Shown here one piece after another: positions 1 to 11,869 of a stretch of DNA of 64,000 bases. The stretch lies in the NCBI GenBank assembly GCA_965222515.1, contig CBDCUE010000006.1, positions 1,543-65,542 on the forward strand, given 5' to 3'. The notes beneath the pieces are model-generated. The model was not told the origin of the DNA, ran no database searches, and saw nothing but the letters and a program-made list of their open reading frames with translations. Numbering within the stretch: position 1 is the stretch's first letter; each line of letters starts with the position of its first letter. Source of the stretch: Rickettsiales bacterium. Lineage in GTDB: Bacteria; Pseudomonadota; Alphaproteobacteria; Rickettsiales; JABIRX01. The position numbers were made by a program, and so were the translations under genes.

Positions 1-1
1 A

Positions 2-679
2 AAAAGACTGCAAAATCTATATAATGGTTTAATAAAGGATAAGGAATATCCTGTTGATGAAGCTATTTCTTTAATAAAAAAGAATGCAGTAGTAAAGTTT
101 GATGAAACTGTAGAGATTATCTATAATTTGAATGTTGATCCTAAATATCAAGATCAAATTGTAAGAGAAATGGTGCAAATGCCAGAAGGTGTGGGTAAAA
201 CAATAAAAGTTGCTGTTATTGCAAAAACAGAAAAACACGAAGAGGCAACTAAAGCAGGAGCTGACATTGTTGGTGGTGAAGAATTAGTTCAAGAAATTAA
301 ATCTGGAAAAATAGAGTTTGATGTTTTAATCGCTACTCCAGATATGATGGCTAAGGTAGGATCTTTAGGAAAAATATTGGGGCCAAAGGGATTAATGCCT
401 AATCCAAAATTAGGAACAGTAACGGTAGATGTGGCCAAAGCAGTTGACAATGTAAAAAAAGGTCAAGTGGAAATTAAAGCTGACAAATATGGAATTGTTC
501 ATACTGGTATAGCAAAAGCTAGTTTTACAGAAGCAAAACTAAAAAACAATATTGTTGCTTTGCATAATGCAATAAAACAAGCAAAACCATCAGGAGTAAA
601 AGGAACATATATTAAAAAAATGTCCATCGGTTCTACTATGGCTCCGTCTTTGCAAATATCACTATCATCTTTGGTATAG
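2..679 (+). CDS. rplA: 50S ribosomal protein L1 (5' end outside window)
   Basis: Frame is open from base 2 (KRLQNLYN...FDETVE...NVDPK) and contains the L1 motif [16 protein letters not shown]; first gene of the rplA-J-L-rpoBC cluster. Confidence 0.97.
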   Translation, partial: KRLQNLYNGLIKDKEYPVDEAISLIKKNAVVKFDETVEIIYNLNVDPKYQDQIVREMVQMPEGVGKTIKVAVIAKTEKHEEATKAGADIVGGEELVQEIKSGKIEFDVLIATPDMMAKVGSLGKILGPKGLMPNPKLGTVTVDVAKAVDNVKKGQVEIKADKYGIVHTGIAKASFTEAKLKNNIVALHNAIKQAKPSGVKGTYIKKMSIGSTMAPSLQISLSSLV

Positions 680-683
680 AGAA

Positions 684-1190
684 ATGAATAAAACAGATAA
701 ACAAAATTTTGTTGTAAATTTAAAAGGAGAGTTAGAAAATGCTAATATAATTATTTTAGCTCATTATTCTGGCCTTACTGTAACTCAAGTTAATTTACTT
801 AGAAGCAGTGCAAAAAAACAAGAAGTTAATGTTAAAGTTGCCAAAAACTCTTTAATTAAACTTGCTTTAGAAAATACGGATTTTTCTTCATTGCAAGATA
901 ATCTATCAGGTCCAACTATTATGATTTTTGCAGATAATATAGTTTCTGCCGCAAAAGTTTTAGTAGATTTCGCAAAAAAGAATGAGCAGTTAGCGATAAG
1001 AACTGCCTCATTTAACAAATCTTTGATGAGTACAGAGGAAATAATTAATCTTTCCAAAATGCCATCATTAGATGAAATTAGAGCCAAGTTAATTGGCCTA
1101 ATGTCTACTCCAGCACAAAAATTAGCATATGTTCTTCAGGCACCTGCTTCTTCTTTTGTTAGAGTAATTCAAGCTTATTCCAAAAAATAA
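684..1190 (+). CDS. rplJ: 50S ribosomal protein L10
   Basis: L10 motifs (YSGLTV..., KVAKNSL, LSGPT, LSKMPSLDEIRAKLIG) and synteny. Confidence 0.96.
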   Translation: MNKTDKQNFVVNLKGELENANIIILAHYSGLTVTQVNLLRSSAKKQEVNVKVAKNSLIKLALENTDFSSLQDNLSGPTIMIFADNIVSAAKVLVDFAKKNEQLAIRTASFNKSLMSTEEIINLSKMPSLDEIRAKLIGLMSTPAQKLAYVLQAPASSFVRVIQAYSKK

Positions 1191-1214
1191 TAATTAATTA
1201 AGGTATTACAAATT

Positions 1215-1589
1215 ATGGCTGATTTAAATAAAATTGTTGACGAGTTGTCAGTTTTAACTGTTATAGAAGCTGCAGAGCTTTCTAAATTGTTAGAAGAAAA
1301 ATGGGGAGTAACAGCTGCTGCTCCAGTTGCTGTGGTTGCTGCTGGCGATGCTGGTGCTACTGCTCTTGCTACAGAAAAAACTGATTTTTCTGTTTTCTTG
1401 GTATCTTTTGGTGCACAAAAAATTAGTGTTATCAAAGAGGTTAGAGGAATTACAGGCTTAGGTTTGAAAGAATCTAAAGATTTAGTTGAAAGTGCTCCTA
1501 AAGAAATTAAGGGAGGAGTTGCTAAAGAAGAAGCTGAAAAAATGAAAACAGCTTTAGAAGCAGCTGGTGCTACTGTAGAGTTGAAATAG
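1215..1589 (+). CDS. rplL: 50S ribosomal protein L7/L12
   Basis: [59 protein letters not shown]. Confidence 0.98.
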   Translation: MADLNKIVDELSVLTVIEAAELSKLLEEKWGVTAAAPVAVVAAGDAGATALATEKTDFSVFLVSFGAQKISVIKEVRGITGLGLKESKDLVESAPKEIKGGVAKEEAEKMKTALEAAGATVELK

Positions 1590-1612
1590 TTTTTTTTAAA
1601 AAAGCTATTTCT

Positions 1613-1657
1613 ATACTAAAACAAAATAAATTATACAAATCAATTTTGTTTTAGTAT
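1613..1657 (+). terminator. 15-bp perfect inverted repeat between rplL and rpoB (putative terminator or attenuator)
   Basis: ATACTAAAACAAAAT (1613-1627) and ATTTTGTTTTAGTAT (1643-1657). Confidence 0.5.
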
Positions 1658-1721
1658 GTGCTGGGTATTTTTTTATAAAATATCCAGATATTCCTATTAC
1701 TTAAATTTACAAGTTTCATAA

Positions 1722-4700
1722 ATGAGCGAAGTCGTTAAAAATACAGAGTTTCTTAATTTTCGTAAAAATTATAGCAAAATTAAAGATGTGGCTGAATTGC
1801 CTAATTTAATAGAAGTGCAAAAAAAATCTTATAAAAGTTTTTTTGACCCGCAAAACATTTCAAATGAAAATGGTTTGGGAAAAGTATTCACATCAGTATT
1901 TCCTGTAAATGATTTTACAGACTTATCTACTATAGAATTTGTAAGTTATAGGTTAGAAAAACCAAAATATTCTCAATTAGAATCTATTAAAAGAGGGGTT
2001 ACTTATGCTGCTACAATTAAAGTAACTTTTAGATTAATAGTTTGGCTAATTGACGACGAAACTGGTTCTAAAGAGGTTAAATCAATCAAAGAGCAAGAAG
2101 TGTTTTTTGGTGAAATACCTTTAATGACAGAAAAAGGAACTTTTATTACCAATGGAACAGAAAGAGTTGTAGTTTCTCAATTACACAGATCTCCAGGTGC
2201 TTTTTTTGAGCATGATAAAGGTAAAGCAACCCACCAAACAAAACTACTTTATTCAGCAAGAATTATTCCTTATAGAGGATCTTGGCTTGATTTTGAATTT
2301 GACACAAAGGATTTATTACATTTTAGAATAGATAGAAGAAGAAAAGTAATAGGAACTGTTTTTTTAAAAGCTTTAGGATTAACAGATCAAGATATTTTTG
2401 ACAGATTTTACACGGTAAAAGATGCAACAATAACAGAAGAAGGAGCAATAATAGATTTTGATATAAAAATCTTAAAAGGTTCTATAACTCCATTTGATAT
2501 TATTTCTGCCAATGATAAAAAAATAAAAATCAAGAAAGACACAAAAGTAACTTCACTTGTTTTAAAGAAATTAGCAAATGATGATTTATCTAAAATAATC
2601 ATAAAAACAGAAGATTTATTAGGTTTTGTAGTAGCTGATAATTATCAAGATGTTTTTAAAGCAGGAGAAAAAATTACAGAAGAAAATATAAATAAAATAT
2701 CATCTCTTCCACAGATAAAAATATTCTCGCCTTATTTGTTTGCTGAAAAAAGCTATATATATAACACTTTTGCAACTGACAAAACAACCTGTGAAGAAGA
2801 AGCTTTAATAGAAATTTACAAAATATTAAGACCAGGTGATCCACCTTCAGTAGAGGCAGCAAGAGAAGTCTTTACTTCATTATTTTTTAATTTTGACAGA
2901 TATGATTTATCTCCTGTTGGAAGAATGAAATTGAACGAAAGATTAGATATGGAACTGCCAGAAGAAGTAACTCTTTTAACTAAAGAAGATGTTATTAGGG
3001 TAGTAGAAGTTTTGATAGAGATGAAACAAAAAAATGCTGCTAGTGATGATATTGATCATTTAGGTAATAGAAGAGTTAGGTCTGTTGGAGAATTGGTAGA
3101 AAACCAATTTAGAATTGGTTTAGTGAGAGTTCAAAGAGCAATTCAAGAAAGAATGAATTCTGTTGAGATTGATGCTGTATTGCCTCAAGATTTAATTAAT
3201 GTAAAATTATTGGTTGCTATATTAAGAGAATTTTTTGGGACTTCTCAATTATCTCAATTTATGAGCCAAACAAATCCTCTTGCAGAAATAACTCACAAAA
3301 GAAGATTGTCAGCCTTAGGGCCTGGAGGATTAGCAAGAGATAGAGCTGGTTTTGAAGTTAGAGATGTGCACACTTCTCATTATGGTAGAATTTGCCCTAT
3401 TGAAACTCCAGAAGGACAAAATATAGGTTTAATCAGTTCAATTGCATCTTATGCTAAAATTAATGAATATGGTTTTATTGAAAGTCCTTATAGAAAAGTA
3501 GAAAATGGTATAGTAAGTGATGAAATTCATTATTTATCTGCAACTAAAGAATCAGGCTTCGTTATTGCTCAAGCAAATGAAAAAATGGATGAAAATGGTA
3601 AATTAATAGCTGACTTACATAATTGTAGATTTAATGGAGATTATATGATGTTTTCATCAAATGAAATTAATTATATTGATGTATCGCCAAAACAATTAGT
3701 ATCAGTTGCAGCTGCTTTAATACCATTTTTAGAAAATGATGATGCCAACAGAGCATTGATGGGTTCAAATATGCAGAAGCAAGCTGTGCCATTATTATAT
3801 AATTCAGCTCCAATTATTGGAACTGGTATGGAAAAAATAATAGCAAAAGATTCATCTGCTTGTGTTGTAGCAAATTCTAACGGAATAGTAGAGAAAGTTG
3901 ATTCTTTAAGAATTATGGTTAGAGTTACAGATGAAGATAGCAGTAACTTAATAGATATTTATGAATTAGAAAAATATCAAAGATCAAACCAAGACACCTG
4001 TATTAATCAAAAACCTATTGTAAAATTAGGTCAAGAAATCAAAAAAGGTGACATTTTGGCAGATGGTCAAAGCACTAAAAATGGTGAATTAGCATTAGGA
4101 AAAAATGTTTTAGTTGGTTTTATGTCTTGGAATGGATATAATTTTGAGGATTCCATTATTATTTCAGAGAAATTAGTGAGAGATGATGTATTTACTTCTG
4201 TGCATATTGAAAAATTTGAAATTACAACAAGAGATACAAGATTAGGAGCAGAGGAAATAACTAGAGATATTCCCAATGTTTCTGAAGAATCTTTAAGACA
4301 TACAGATGAAGTAGGTATTGTAAATGTTGGATCTGAAGTAAGTGGTGGAGATGTTTTAGTTGGAAAGGTAACTCCTAAAAGTGAAACTCCTGCTACTCCA
4401 GAAGAAAAACTTCTTAGAGCTATTTTTGGAGAAAAAGCTTATGAAATTAAAGACTCTTCTTTATATGTTCCTCCTGGGGTTAAGGGAACAGTAGTAGATG
4501 TTAGAGTTTTTACTAGAAGAGGTGTAGAAAAAGATGAAAGAGCTATTACTATTGAAAGACAAAAAATTGCAAAATTAACTAAGGATAAAGAAGAAAAAAT
4601 AGTTATTCTTGAAAAGCATTTAAGAGAAAAAATAGAGCATCTTTTTTTAGGCAATAAACTTGTTAAAGCATTAGGAAAATTAAAATCAAATCATCAATTG

Positions 4701-5783
4701 AAAAAAGATGATTTATCTGAAATTAAATTTGCTAATTTAAGAAAAATTTCTATAGAAGATAATTCTGTTAACAGCAAAATAGAAGCTTTAATAAAATCAT
4801 TTGATACAGTAGTTGGTAATTTTGCAAATCAGTTAAGTGATGATCTTGCAAAACTGCAAAGTGGTGATGATTTACCTCAAGGTGTTTTAAAATACATCAA
4901 AGTATTTGTGGCTGTGAAAAAAACATTGAAACCTGGAGATAAAATGGCAGGAAGACATGGAAATAAAGGTGTAGTATCTAAAATAGTTGCTATTGAAGAT
5001 ATGCCTTATCTTGAAGATGGAACTTCTCTTGACATTTTATTAAATCCTTTAGGTGTGCCTTCTCGAATGAATGTAGGGCAAATTTTAGAGACTCATTTAG
5101 GTCTTGCTTCTTACAAGGTAGGTAGAGACTTAGCTAAAAAAATTGAGCAAACTCAAAATGAAGCAGAATTAGAGCAGTTAAAAGCAAAAGTTATTAAGAT
5201 TTATAATGATCAAGAAATAGCAGATACTATTAAAGATTTTAATGATAAAGAATTTAAGTCTTTTGCAAAGCATAGTTTAAAAAAAGGTATTGCTATTGCT
5301 ACTCCTGTATTTGATGGTGCCAAAGAAAATGATATTGTTGAAATGTATCAAAATGCTAATTTGGAAACAGATGGTAAGATGTGGGTATATGATGGAAAAA
5401 CAGGTGAAAGGTTTGATAGAAGAGTAACAGTTGGTTATATTTATATGTTAAAACTTCATCATTTAGTTGATGATAAAATTCATGCTAGATCAGTTGGACC
5501 TTATAGTTTAGTAACTCAGCAGCCACTTGGGGGTAAATCTCATTTTGGAGGTCAAAGATTTGGAGAAATGGAATGTTGGGCATTGCAAGCATATGGTGCT
5601 TCTTTTACTTTGCAGGAGATGCTTACTGTAAAATCTGATGATGTTACGGGTAGGTTAAAATTATTTGAAGCAGTAGTAAAAGGAGAAAGTGATTTTGAAT
5701 ATTCAGTTCCAGAATCATTTAATGTAATGATTAAAGAATTAAAATCTCTTTGTCTAAATGTTAATTTAGAATTAGAAAATTAG
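1722..5783 (+). CDS. rpoB: RNA polymerase beta subunit
   Basis: 1353 aa with NGTERVVVSQLHRSPG, GDKMAGRHGNKGVVS and GGQRFGEME. Confidence 0.99.
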   Translation: MSEVVKNTEFLNFRKNYSKIKDVAELPNLIEVQKKSYKSFFDPQNISNENGLGKVFTSVFPVNDFTDLSTIEFVSYRLEKPKYSQLESIKRGVTYAATIKVTFRLIVWLIDDETGSKEVKSIKEQEVFFGEIPLMTEKGTFITNGTERVVVSQLHRSPGAFFEHDKGKATHQTKLLYSARIIPYRGSWLDFEFDTKDLLHFRIDRRRKVIGTVFLKALGLTDQDIFDRFYTVKDATITEEGAIIDFDIKILKGSITPFDIISANDKKIKIKKDTKVTSLVLKKLANDDLSKIIIKTEDLLGFVVADNYQDVFKAGEKITEENINKISSLPQIKIFSPYLFAEKSYIYNTFATDKTTCEEEALIEIYKILRPGDPPSVEAAREVFTSLFFNFDRYDLSPVGRMKLNERLDMELPEEVTLLTKEDVIRVVEVLIEMKQKNAASDDIDHLGNRRVRSVGELVENQFRIGLVRVQRAIQERMNSVEIDAVLPQDLINVKLLVAILREFFGTSQLSQFMSQTNPLAEITHKRRLSALGPGGLARDRAGFEVRDVHTSHYGRICPIETPEGQNIGLISSIASYAKINEYGFIESPYRKVENGIVSDEIHYLSATKESGFVIAQANEKMDENGKLIADLHNCRFNGDYMMFSSNEINYIDVSPKQLVSVAAALIPFLENDDANRALMGSNMQKQAVPLLYNSAPIIGTGMEKIIAKDSSACVVANSNGIVEKVDSLRIMVRVTDEDSSNLIDIYELEKYQRSNQDTCINQKPIVKLGQEIKKGDILADGQSTKNGELALGKNVLVGFMSWNGYNFEDSIIISEKLVRDDVFTSVHIEKFEITTRDTRLGAEEITRDIPNVSEESLRHTDEVGIVNVGSEVSGGDVLVGKVTPKSETPATPEEKLLRAIFGEKAYEIKDSSLYVPPGVKGTVVDVRVFTRRGVEKDERAITIERQKIAKLTKDKEEKIVILEKHLREKIEHLFLGNKLVKALGKLKSNHQLKKDDLSEIKFANLRKISIEDNSVNSKIEALIKSFDTVVGNFANQLSDDLAKLQSGDDLPQGVLKYIKVFVAVKKTLKPGDKMAGRHGNKGVVSKIVAIEDMPYLEDGTSLDILLNPLGVPSRMNVGQILETHLGLASYKVGRDLAKKIEQTQNEAELEQLKAKVIKIYNDQEIADTIKDFNDKEFKSFAKHSLKKGIAIATPVFDGAKENDIVEMYQNANLETDGKMWVYDGKTGERFDRRVTVGYIYMLKLHHLVDDKIHARSVGPYSLVTQQPLGGKSHFGGQRFGEMECWALQAYGASFTLQEMLTVKSDDVTGRLKLFEAVVKGESDFEYSVPESFNVMIKELKSLCLNVNLELEN

Positions 5784-5843
5784 AAAGATTAAAGCATTAT
5801 CTAGTTTTTTAATGTAAATTATCAAATGTTTGATAATATACAT

Positions 5844-5971
5844 TGCAGGTTTGCAATCTATATTCGTATAAATGTTTAATAGATTGCAAAACTGCATATA
5901 ACAATTTTAACTTAAGAAAAACCGTGTAAATGTTTTGTAGATTGCAAAACTGCACATAACAACCTTAACTT
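5844..5971 (+). repeat. Intergenic repeat: two direct copies of ~49 bp (58-bp period) plus one inverted core
   Basis: CGTRTAAATGTTT..TAGATTGCAAAACTGCA..TAACAA..TTAACTT at 5865-5913 and 5923-5971; inverted core TGCAGGTTTGCAATCTA at 5844-5860. Confidence 0.75.
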
Positions 5972-5996
5972 AAAAAATAACTTAACTTTAAAAATT

Positions 5997-8900
5997 ATGA
6001 ATAATAAGGAACCTAAGCAAGTGTCTTTTAACTTTGATGAGACTAAGCAAGATTTTAATACAGTTAAAATCTCCATTGCAAGTTCGGAGCAAATTAGAAC
6101 TTGGTCTTATGGTGAGGTAAAAAAGCCTGAAACTATTAATTATAGAACTTTTAAGCCAGAAAGAGAGGGGTTGTTTTGTGCTAGAATTTTTGGTCCAGTA
6201 AAAGATTATGAATGTCTTTGTGGAAAATATAAAAGAATTAAATATAAGGGAATAATTTGTGAGAAATGTGGTGTTGAAGTAGCTACTTCAAAAGTAAGAA
6301 GAGAGAGAATGGGGCATATTGAGTTAGCATCTCCTGTAGTGCATATTTGGTTTTTAAAATCACTACCTTCAAGAATAGGAACATTGCTTGAAATTACCTT
6401 AAAAAACATAGAAAAAGTATTATATTTTGAAAGCTATATTGTGACTGAACCAGGTATTACTTCTCTTAAATATGGTCAAGTATTAACAGAGGAAATGTAT
6501 GATGAGGCTGTTATTGAATTTGGTGAAAGTGGTTTTTCTGTAGGGATTGGAGCTGAGGCTATAAAAACTCTACTTGCTAATATTGATCTTGGTAAAGAGC
6601 AAAAAATCTTGAGAAAGATGTTGCAGGACGAGAAATCTGAAACTAAGAAAAAGAAAATTGTAAAAAAATTAAAATTAGTTGAAGATTTTCATGCATCTGA
6701 AAATAAATTAGAATGGATGGTCGTTGATGTAATACCAGTTATTCCACCTGATATTAGACCATTAGTAATGTTAGATGGTGGTAGATTTGCTGCATCTGAC
6801 TTAAATGAATTATATAGAAGAGTTATTAACAGAAATAACAGATTAAAAAGATTAATAGAACTTAAATCTCCAGAAATCATCATTAGAAATGAAAAAAGAA
6901 TGCTACAAGAGTCCGTAGATGCTTTATTTGATAATTCTAGAAGAGTAAGACCTCTTAAAAACTCTTCAAAAAGAGCTTTTAAGTCTTTAACTGATATGTT
7001 GAAGGGAAAACAAGGTAGATTTAGACAGAATTTATTAGGAAAAAGAGTAGATTATTCTGGAAGATCAGTGATTGTGGTAGGTCCTACTTTAAAACTGCAT
7101 CAATGTGGTTTACCTAAGAAAATGGCTTTAGAATTATTTAAGCCTTTTATTTATAGAAAATTAGAGCTTTATGGTATTACTAGTTCACTGAAAGCTGCTA
7201 AAAAATATGTAGAAATGGGACATACGGAAGTGTGGGATATTCTAGCGGAAGTGATAAAAGAACATCCTGTATTATTAAATAGAGCTCCTACTTTGCATAG
7301 GTTAGGAATTCAAGCTTTTGAGCCAATGTTAGTAGAAGGAAAAGCTATAACCCTTCATCCATTAGTATGTTCAGCATTTAATGCTGATTTTGATGGAGAT
7401 CAAATGGCAGTTCATGTTCCTATTTCATTAGAAGCTCAGATTGAGTCAAGAGTTCTTATTATGTCAACTAATAATATTTTGAATCCATCTAATGGAAAAC
7501 CTATTATTGTGCCATCTCAAGATATGGTTTTAGGTTTATATTATATGTCTTTAGAATTAGAAGGAAAAGAAGAAAAAAGACAATTATTTGGAACAGCATC
7601 TGAAGTAGAATATGCTTTATATAGCAAAGCTGTTGATTTGCATACAAAAATTAAATTTAGATATGAAGGAGTAACTTATGATACTACTGTTGGAAGAACT
7701 TTGATTTCTCAAATTTTACCAAAAGGTCATAATCTTGATTTTGAAGTTGTTAATAAATTAATGACAAAAAAAGCAATTAGTAATGTAATTGATTTAGTAT
7801 ATCGTTTATCAGGTCAAAAAAACACTGTTATTTTTTGTGATAAATTAATGGCAATAGGTTATAAATATGCTACAAAATCTGGTATTTCATTTGGAAAAGA
7901 TGATATGTTAATACCAGAAAGCAAAGATAAGCATATTAATAACACTTTAAATGAAGTAAAAGAATTTAATAAACAATATGTTGATGGTTTAATTACTTCT
8001 GGAGAAAAATACAATAAAGTAATTGATGCCTGGTCATTATGTACTGATAAAGTTGCTGAAGATATGATTAAACAAATTTCATCAATTCAAAAAATAAAAA
8101 AAGAGCAGGAGCATAGTAGTGAGCAAATAAACTCTATTTATATGATGGCTCATTCTGGAGCCAGAGGTTCAGCTACTCAAATCAAGCAGTTGGCAGGAAT
8201 GAGAGGGTTGATGGCAAAACCGAGTGGAGAAATTATTGAAACTCCTATTATTTCAAACTTTAGAGAAGGGTTGAGTGTATCTGAATATTTTAATTCTGCC
8301 CATGGTGCTAGAAAAGGACTTGCAGATACCGCACTAAAAACTGCAAATTCTGGATATTTAACTAGAAGATTAGTAGATGTGGCTCAAAATTGTGTTACTA
8401 CAGAAGAAGATTGTAAAACTGAGGATTTTATTCAAGTAAAAACAGAAATGGAAGGTGTTAATGTAGTTACATCACTTTCTGAAAAAATTTTAGGAAGAGT
8501 GTTGGGAGAAGATTTGATTAATCCAAAAACTAAGGAAGTAATAATTAAAAAAGGAACTTTAATAGATGAAGAAAAGGCTAGTATCATAGAGAATTACGGT
8601 TTTAATATTGCAAAAGTAAAATCAGTTCTTACTTGTAAAGCAAAATATGGAGTATGCACTAGATGTTACGGTAGAAATTTAGCTACAGGAGATTTAGTGA
8701 ATGTAGGAGAGGCAGTAGGAGTAATAGCTGCTCAATCTATTGGAGAACCTGGAACTCAGCTTACTATGAGAACTTTCCACATTGGAGGGGCTGCAACTAG
8801 AGGTGCTGAGCAATCAAGTATTGATGCTCCAACTGATGCAGTAGTTAAATTAGAAAATGCTAATTTAGTAGTTGATTCAAAAGGCAGAAAAGTAATTTTA

Positions 8901-10208
8901 AATAGAGGAGCAGAACTTGCTTTGATAGATAAGAATGGAATTCAGGTTACTAAACATAAATTACCTTATGGTAGTAGATTAAAATTTGACGATGGTAGTC
9001 AAGTGAGAAAAGATGATAGAGTGGCTGAATGGGATCCTTACAATATTCCAATTATCTCAGAAGTTTCTGGTATAGTTAAATATAAAGATTTAGTAGAATC
9101 TGTTTCTTATAAAGAAGAAACTGAACTTACTACAACTCTTTCTACCAAAGTAATTATTGATTGGAAAGCATCTGAAGCAGGAAAAGACTTAATACCTAGA
9201 GTGGCTATCTATGATAAAGAGGGAAATATTAAAAAGCTAAAAACACAAGTTGATGCTAGATATTTCTTATTTATAAATGCAGTATTGAATGTTGAAAATG
9301 ATCAAGAAATTTTTGCTGGAGATGTTTTGGCTAGAATACCAAAAGCATCATCTAAGATTTCTGACATCACAGGAGGATTACCTAGAGTGGCAGAACTTTT
9401 TGAGGCAAGAAAGCCTAAGGATTTTGCTATTATCTCAGAAATTTCGGGAACTGTACTTTTTGGAAAAGATTATAAAGCAAAAAGAAGAATTATAATTAAA
9501 AATGACGAAGAAAGAGAGATTGAGTATTTAGTTCCTAAAGGAAAACATATTGCGGTAAATGAAGGTGATTATGTTAATAAAGGTGATTTGTTAATGGATG
9601 GAAATCCAGTGCCTCATGATATTTTAGGAGCAATGGGTATTGAAGCTTTGGCCGTTTATATGGTTGATGAAGTGCAGAAAGTATATAAATTACAAGGTGT
9701 AAAAATTGATGATAAGCATATAGAAGTTATCTTGTTGCAAATGTTAAGGAAAGTAGAGGTGGTTAGTGCTGGTAATACTACTTTAATAGTAGGAGAAGTT
9801 ATTTCTAAAACAGAATTGGATGAAATAAACAAAAAAGCTAAAGAAGAAAAATATAAACCTGCCACAGCTAAAACTATCTTGCAAGGTATTACAAAAGCTT
9901 CATTATACACAGATTCTTTTATTTCTGCTGCATCATTTCAAGAAACAACTAAGGTATTAACAGAAGCAGCGGTTAGTTGCAAAAAAGATGGTTTAAGAGG
10001 ATTAAAAGAAAATGTAATAGTTGGAAACTTAATCCCTGCAGGAACTGGTTATTACACAGCACAGCTAAAACAAGAAGCTCATAAAAGAGATGAAGAATTG
10101 CTTGCTAAAGAAATAGCCAATCAAGATGAAGCAGAAGCTTTGGAATCATCTAATGCGGTTAAAAAAGAAGAAAAGAATGTTAGGGAAGAGCAGAAAACCG
10201 TTCAATAA
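5997..10208 (+). CDS. rpoC: RNA polymerase beta' subunit
   Basis: Catalytic [12 protein letters not shown], Zn-binding CLCGKYK...[20 protein letters not shown]. Confidence 0.99.
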   Translation: MNNKEPKQVSFNFDETKQDFNTVKISIASSEQIRTWSYGEVKKPETINYRTFKPEREGLFCARIFGPVKDYECLCGKYKRIKYKGIICEKCGVEVATSKVRRERMGHIELASPVVHIWFLKSLPSRIGTLLEITLKNIEKVLYFESYIVTEPGITSLKYGQVLTEEMYDEAVIEFGESGFSVGIGAEAIKTLLANIDLGKEQKILRKMLQDEKSETKKKKIVKKLKLVEDFHASENKLEWMVVDVIPVIPPDIRPLVMLDGGRFAASDLNELYRRVINRNNRLKRLIELKSPEIIIRNEKRMLQESVDALFDNSRRVRPLKNSSKRAFKSLTDMLKGKQGRFRQNLLGKRVDYSGRSVIVVGPTLKLHQCGLPKKMALELFKPFIYRKLELYGITSSLKAAKKYVEMGHTEVWDILAEVIKEHPVLLNRAPTLHRLGIQAFEPMLVEGKAITLHPLVCSAFNADFDGDQMAVHVPISLEAQIESRVLIMSTNNILNPSNGKPIIVPSQDMVLGLYYMSLELEGKEEKRQLFGTASEVEYALYSKAVDLHTKIKFRYEGVTYDTTVGRTLISQILPKGHNLDFEVVNKLMTKKAISNVIDLVYRLSGQKNTVIFCDKLMAIGYKYATKSGISFGKDDMLIPESKDKHINNTLNEVKEFNKQYVDGLITSGEKYNKVIDAWSLCTDKVAEDMIKQISSIQKIKKEQEHSSEQINSIYMMAHSGARGSATQIKQLAGMRGLMAKPSGEIIETPIISNFREGLSVSEYFNSAHGARKGLADTALKTANSGYLTRRLVDVAQNCVTTEEDCKTEDFIQVKTEMEGVNVVTSLSEKILGRVLGEDLINPKTKEVIIKKGTLIDEEKASIIENYGFNIAKVKSVLTCKAKYGVCTRCYGRNLATGDLVNVGEAVGVIAAQSIGEPGTQLTMRTFHIGGAATRGAEQSSIDAPTDAVVKLENANLVVDSKGRKVILNRGAELALIDKNGIQVTKHKLPYGSRLKFDDGSQVRKDDRVAEWDPYNIPIISEVSGIVKYKDLVESVSYKEETELTTTLSTKVIIDWKASEAGKDLIPRVAIYDKEGNIKKLKTQVDARYFLFINAVLNVENDQEIFAGDVLARIPKASSKISDITGGLPRVAELFEARKPKDFAIISEISGTVLFGKDYKAKRRIIIKNDEEREIEYLVPKGKHIAVNEGDYVNKGDLLMDGNPVPHDILGAMGIEALAVYMVDEVQKVYKLQGVKIDDKHIEVILLQMLRKVEVVSAGNTTLIVGEVISKTELDEINKKAKEEKYKPATAKTILQGITKASLYTDSFISAASFQETTKVLTEAAVSCKKDGLRGLKENVIVGNLIPAGTGYYTAQLKQEAHKRDEELLAKEIANQDEAEALESSNAVKKEEKNVREEQKTVQ

Positions 10209-10275
10209 TCTTTATTATAGTTGATTCTTTTTAATTATCTTAATATATTTATTTTTAATAATTAATTGTTAATTA

Positions 10276-10433
10276 TACTATTTTAGCTTTATAATTGACC
10301 TATAGCCAAAAAGATGTTTAGTAGAAATTGTTTTTTTTAATTATTTGTTAGCCATAGCTAACAGATTATTAAAAAAAGCAATTTATGCTGAGCAGATTGA
10401 AGGCTATAGGTCAATTATAAAACTAAAATAGTA
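10276..10433. mobile_element. 158-bp MITE, copy 1
   Basis: 32-bp terminal inverted repeats TACTATTTTAGCTTTATAATTGACCTATAGCC / GGCTATAGGTCAATTATAAAACTAAAATAGTA flanked by TTA on both sides; near-identical inverted copy at 47240-47397. Confidence 0.88.
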
Positions 10434-10448
10434 TTAAATAAACATATT

Positions 10449-11570
10449 ATGACACAAGAAAAAAGAATAATTTTCTCTAACGATGATTATATAGAAAAAG
10501 ATTATAGAATCTATAAAGGAGATAATTTAGAAATATTGCCCAAAATTCCTAAAAAGACAGCCAATCTTATTTTTGCAGATCCACCATATAACTTACAATT
10601 AAAACAAGAATTATATAGACCTAACCATACAAAAGTAGATGGAGTAAATGATAATTGGGATCAATTCTCTTCTTTTAAGGAATATGACGATTATACAGAA
10701 AAATGGCTTTCACATTGTAAAAACATTTTAACAGATGATGGAACTATATGGGTTATAGGTTCGTATCATAATATTTTTAGAGTAGGAAAAATAATGATGG
10801 ATCTAGGATATTGGATATTAAATGATGTTATATGGCATAAATCAAACCCAATGCCAAATTTCAGAGGGGTAAGATTTACCAATGCAACAGAAACTATTAT
10901 TTGGGCAAAAAAAACAGAATATCAAAAAAAATATACCTTTAATCATCAAGTAATGAAAAAATTTAACAATGGAAAACAGATGACTTCTGTATGGAACATA
11001 CCTTTATGTACAGGAAATGAAAGGATTAAGGGTAAAGATGGAAAAAAAGCACATTCTACACAAAAACCTGAGCTATTATTAAGAAACATAATTTTGTCTA
11101 GTACTAAAGAAAATGATTTGGTGTTAGATCCTTTTTTAGGTAGTGAGACAACAATGGCTATTGCAAAAAAATTAAATAGAAAAGCTATTGGTATAGAAAA
11201 AGAAAAAAAATATGTTGAGATTGCTAAAAATAGATTGAGTTCTATTGATGCAAAAAACTATGTAAATATGAGAATAACTGAACCTAAAAAAGAGGTTCTT
11301 CAAAGGGTTAGTATGAAAGAATTAGTTGACAAAAACTTTTTACAAAAAGATCAAAAACTATTTAGCAAGTGTAAGTCTTATGTAGCCTCTTTATTAGAGG
11401 ATGGCAGTCTTAGACATAACAATGACAATGGTTCAATACATCAAATTTCTGCTAAATTAAAAAATGCAGAAAGTTTTAATGGTTGGTTATATTGGTACAT
11501 AGAAAAAAACGATAATTTTGTAATGATAGATGAGATAAGAAAATTATATAGAAATAAATATGCAATATAA
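10449..11570 (+). CDS. Beta-class adenine DNA methyltransferase, CcrM/M.HinfI/M.HpyAIV-like (predicted GANTC); SAM-binding motif I altered (FLGSET)
   Basis: FADPPYNLQL, IWVIGSYHNIFRVG, WHKSNPMPNFRG.RF.NA.ET, HSTQKPE; CcrM-like C-terminal domain (FNGWLYW). Confidence 0.88.
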   Translation: MTQEKRIIFSNDDYIEKDYRIYKGDNLEILPKIPKKTANLIFADPPYNLQLKQELYRPNHTKVDGVNDNWDQFSSFKEYDDYTEKWLSHCKNILTDDGTIWVIGSYHNIFRVGKIMMDLGYWILNDVIWHKSNPMPNFRGVRFTNATETIIWAKKTEYQKKYTFNHQVMKKFNNGKQMTSVWNIPLCTGNERIKGKDGKKAHSTQKPELLLRNIILSSTKENDLVLDPFLGSETTMAIAKKLNRKAIGIEKEKKYVEIAKNRLSSIDAKNYVNMRITEPKKEVLQRVSMKELVDKNFLQKDQKLFSKCKSYVASLLEDGSLRHNNDNGSIHQISAKLKNAESFNGWLYWYIEKNDNFVMIDEIRKLYRNKYAI

Positions 11571-11862
11571 GAAATTTTGTTCCATACTTAATTCTAATAT
11601 ATTTGAAAAATCAAAATCTAAGTTACTAACAGCAATATCTGAACGTCCAGAAAGATATATTGGACTATTTAGAGCGACAAAACCAAAAACAAAAATTATT
11701 CAAAATTTACTACAATCCCAAGAAATAAAATTTGGAGATAGTTTTGAAGAAATTATTAGAGAATATATATTAGAGATGGGATATAAAAATCAAGGTAGAA
11801 AAATATCTAAAACTTGTTATGATTTATGTGAAGATGTTATAAAAAGATTATCAAATAAATAA
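11560..11862 (+). pseudogene. Truncated HpyAIV-like type II restriction endonuclease
   Basis: N-terminus SK.KLL..I.ERPERYIGLFRATKPKTKIIQNLLQSQEIKFGDSFE resembles the R.HpyAIV family (from recall). Only 100 aa, with no PD-(D/E)xK core; overlaps the MTase stop. Confidence 0.72.
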
Positions 11863-11869
11863 AAATACT

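Noticed and set aside
5784-5996. rpoB-rpoC fusion as in Wolbachia or Helicobacter
   Set aside because: Clear stop codon, a 213-bp non-coding gap and a separate ATG.
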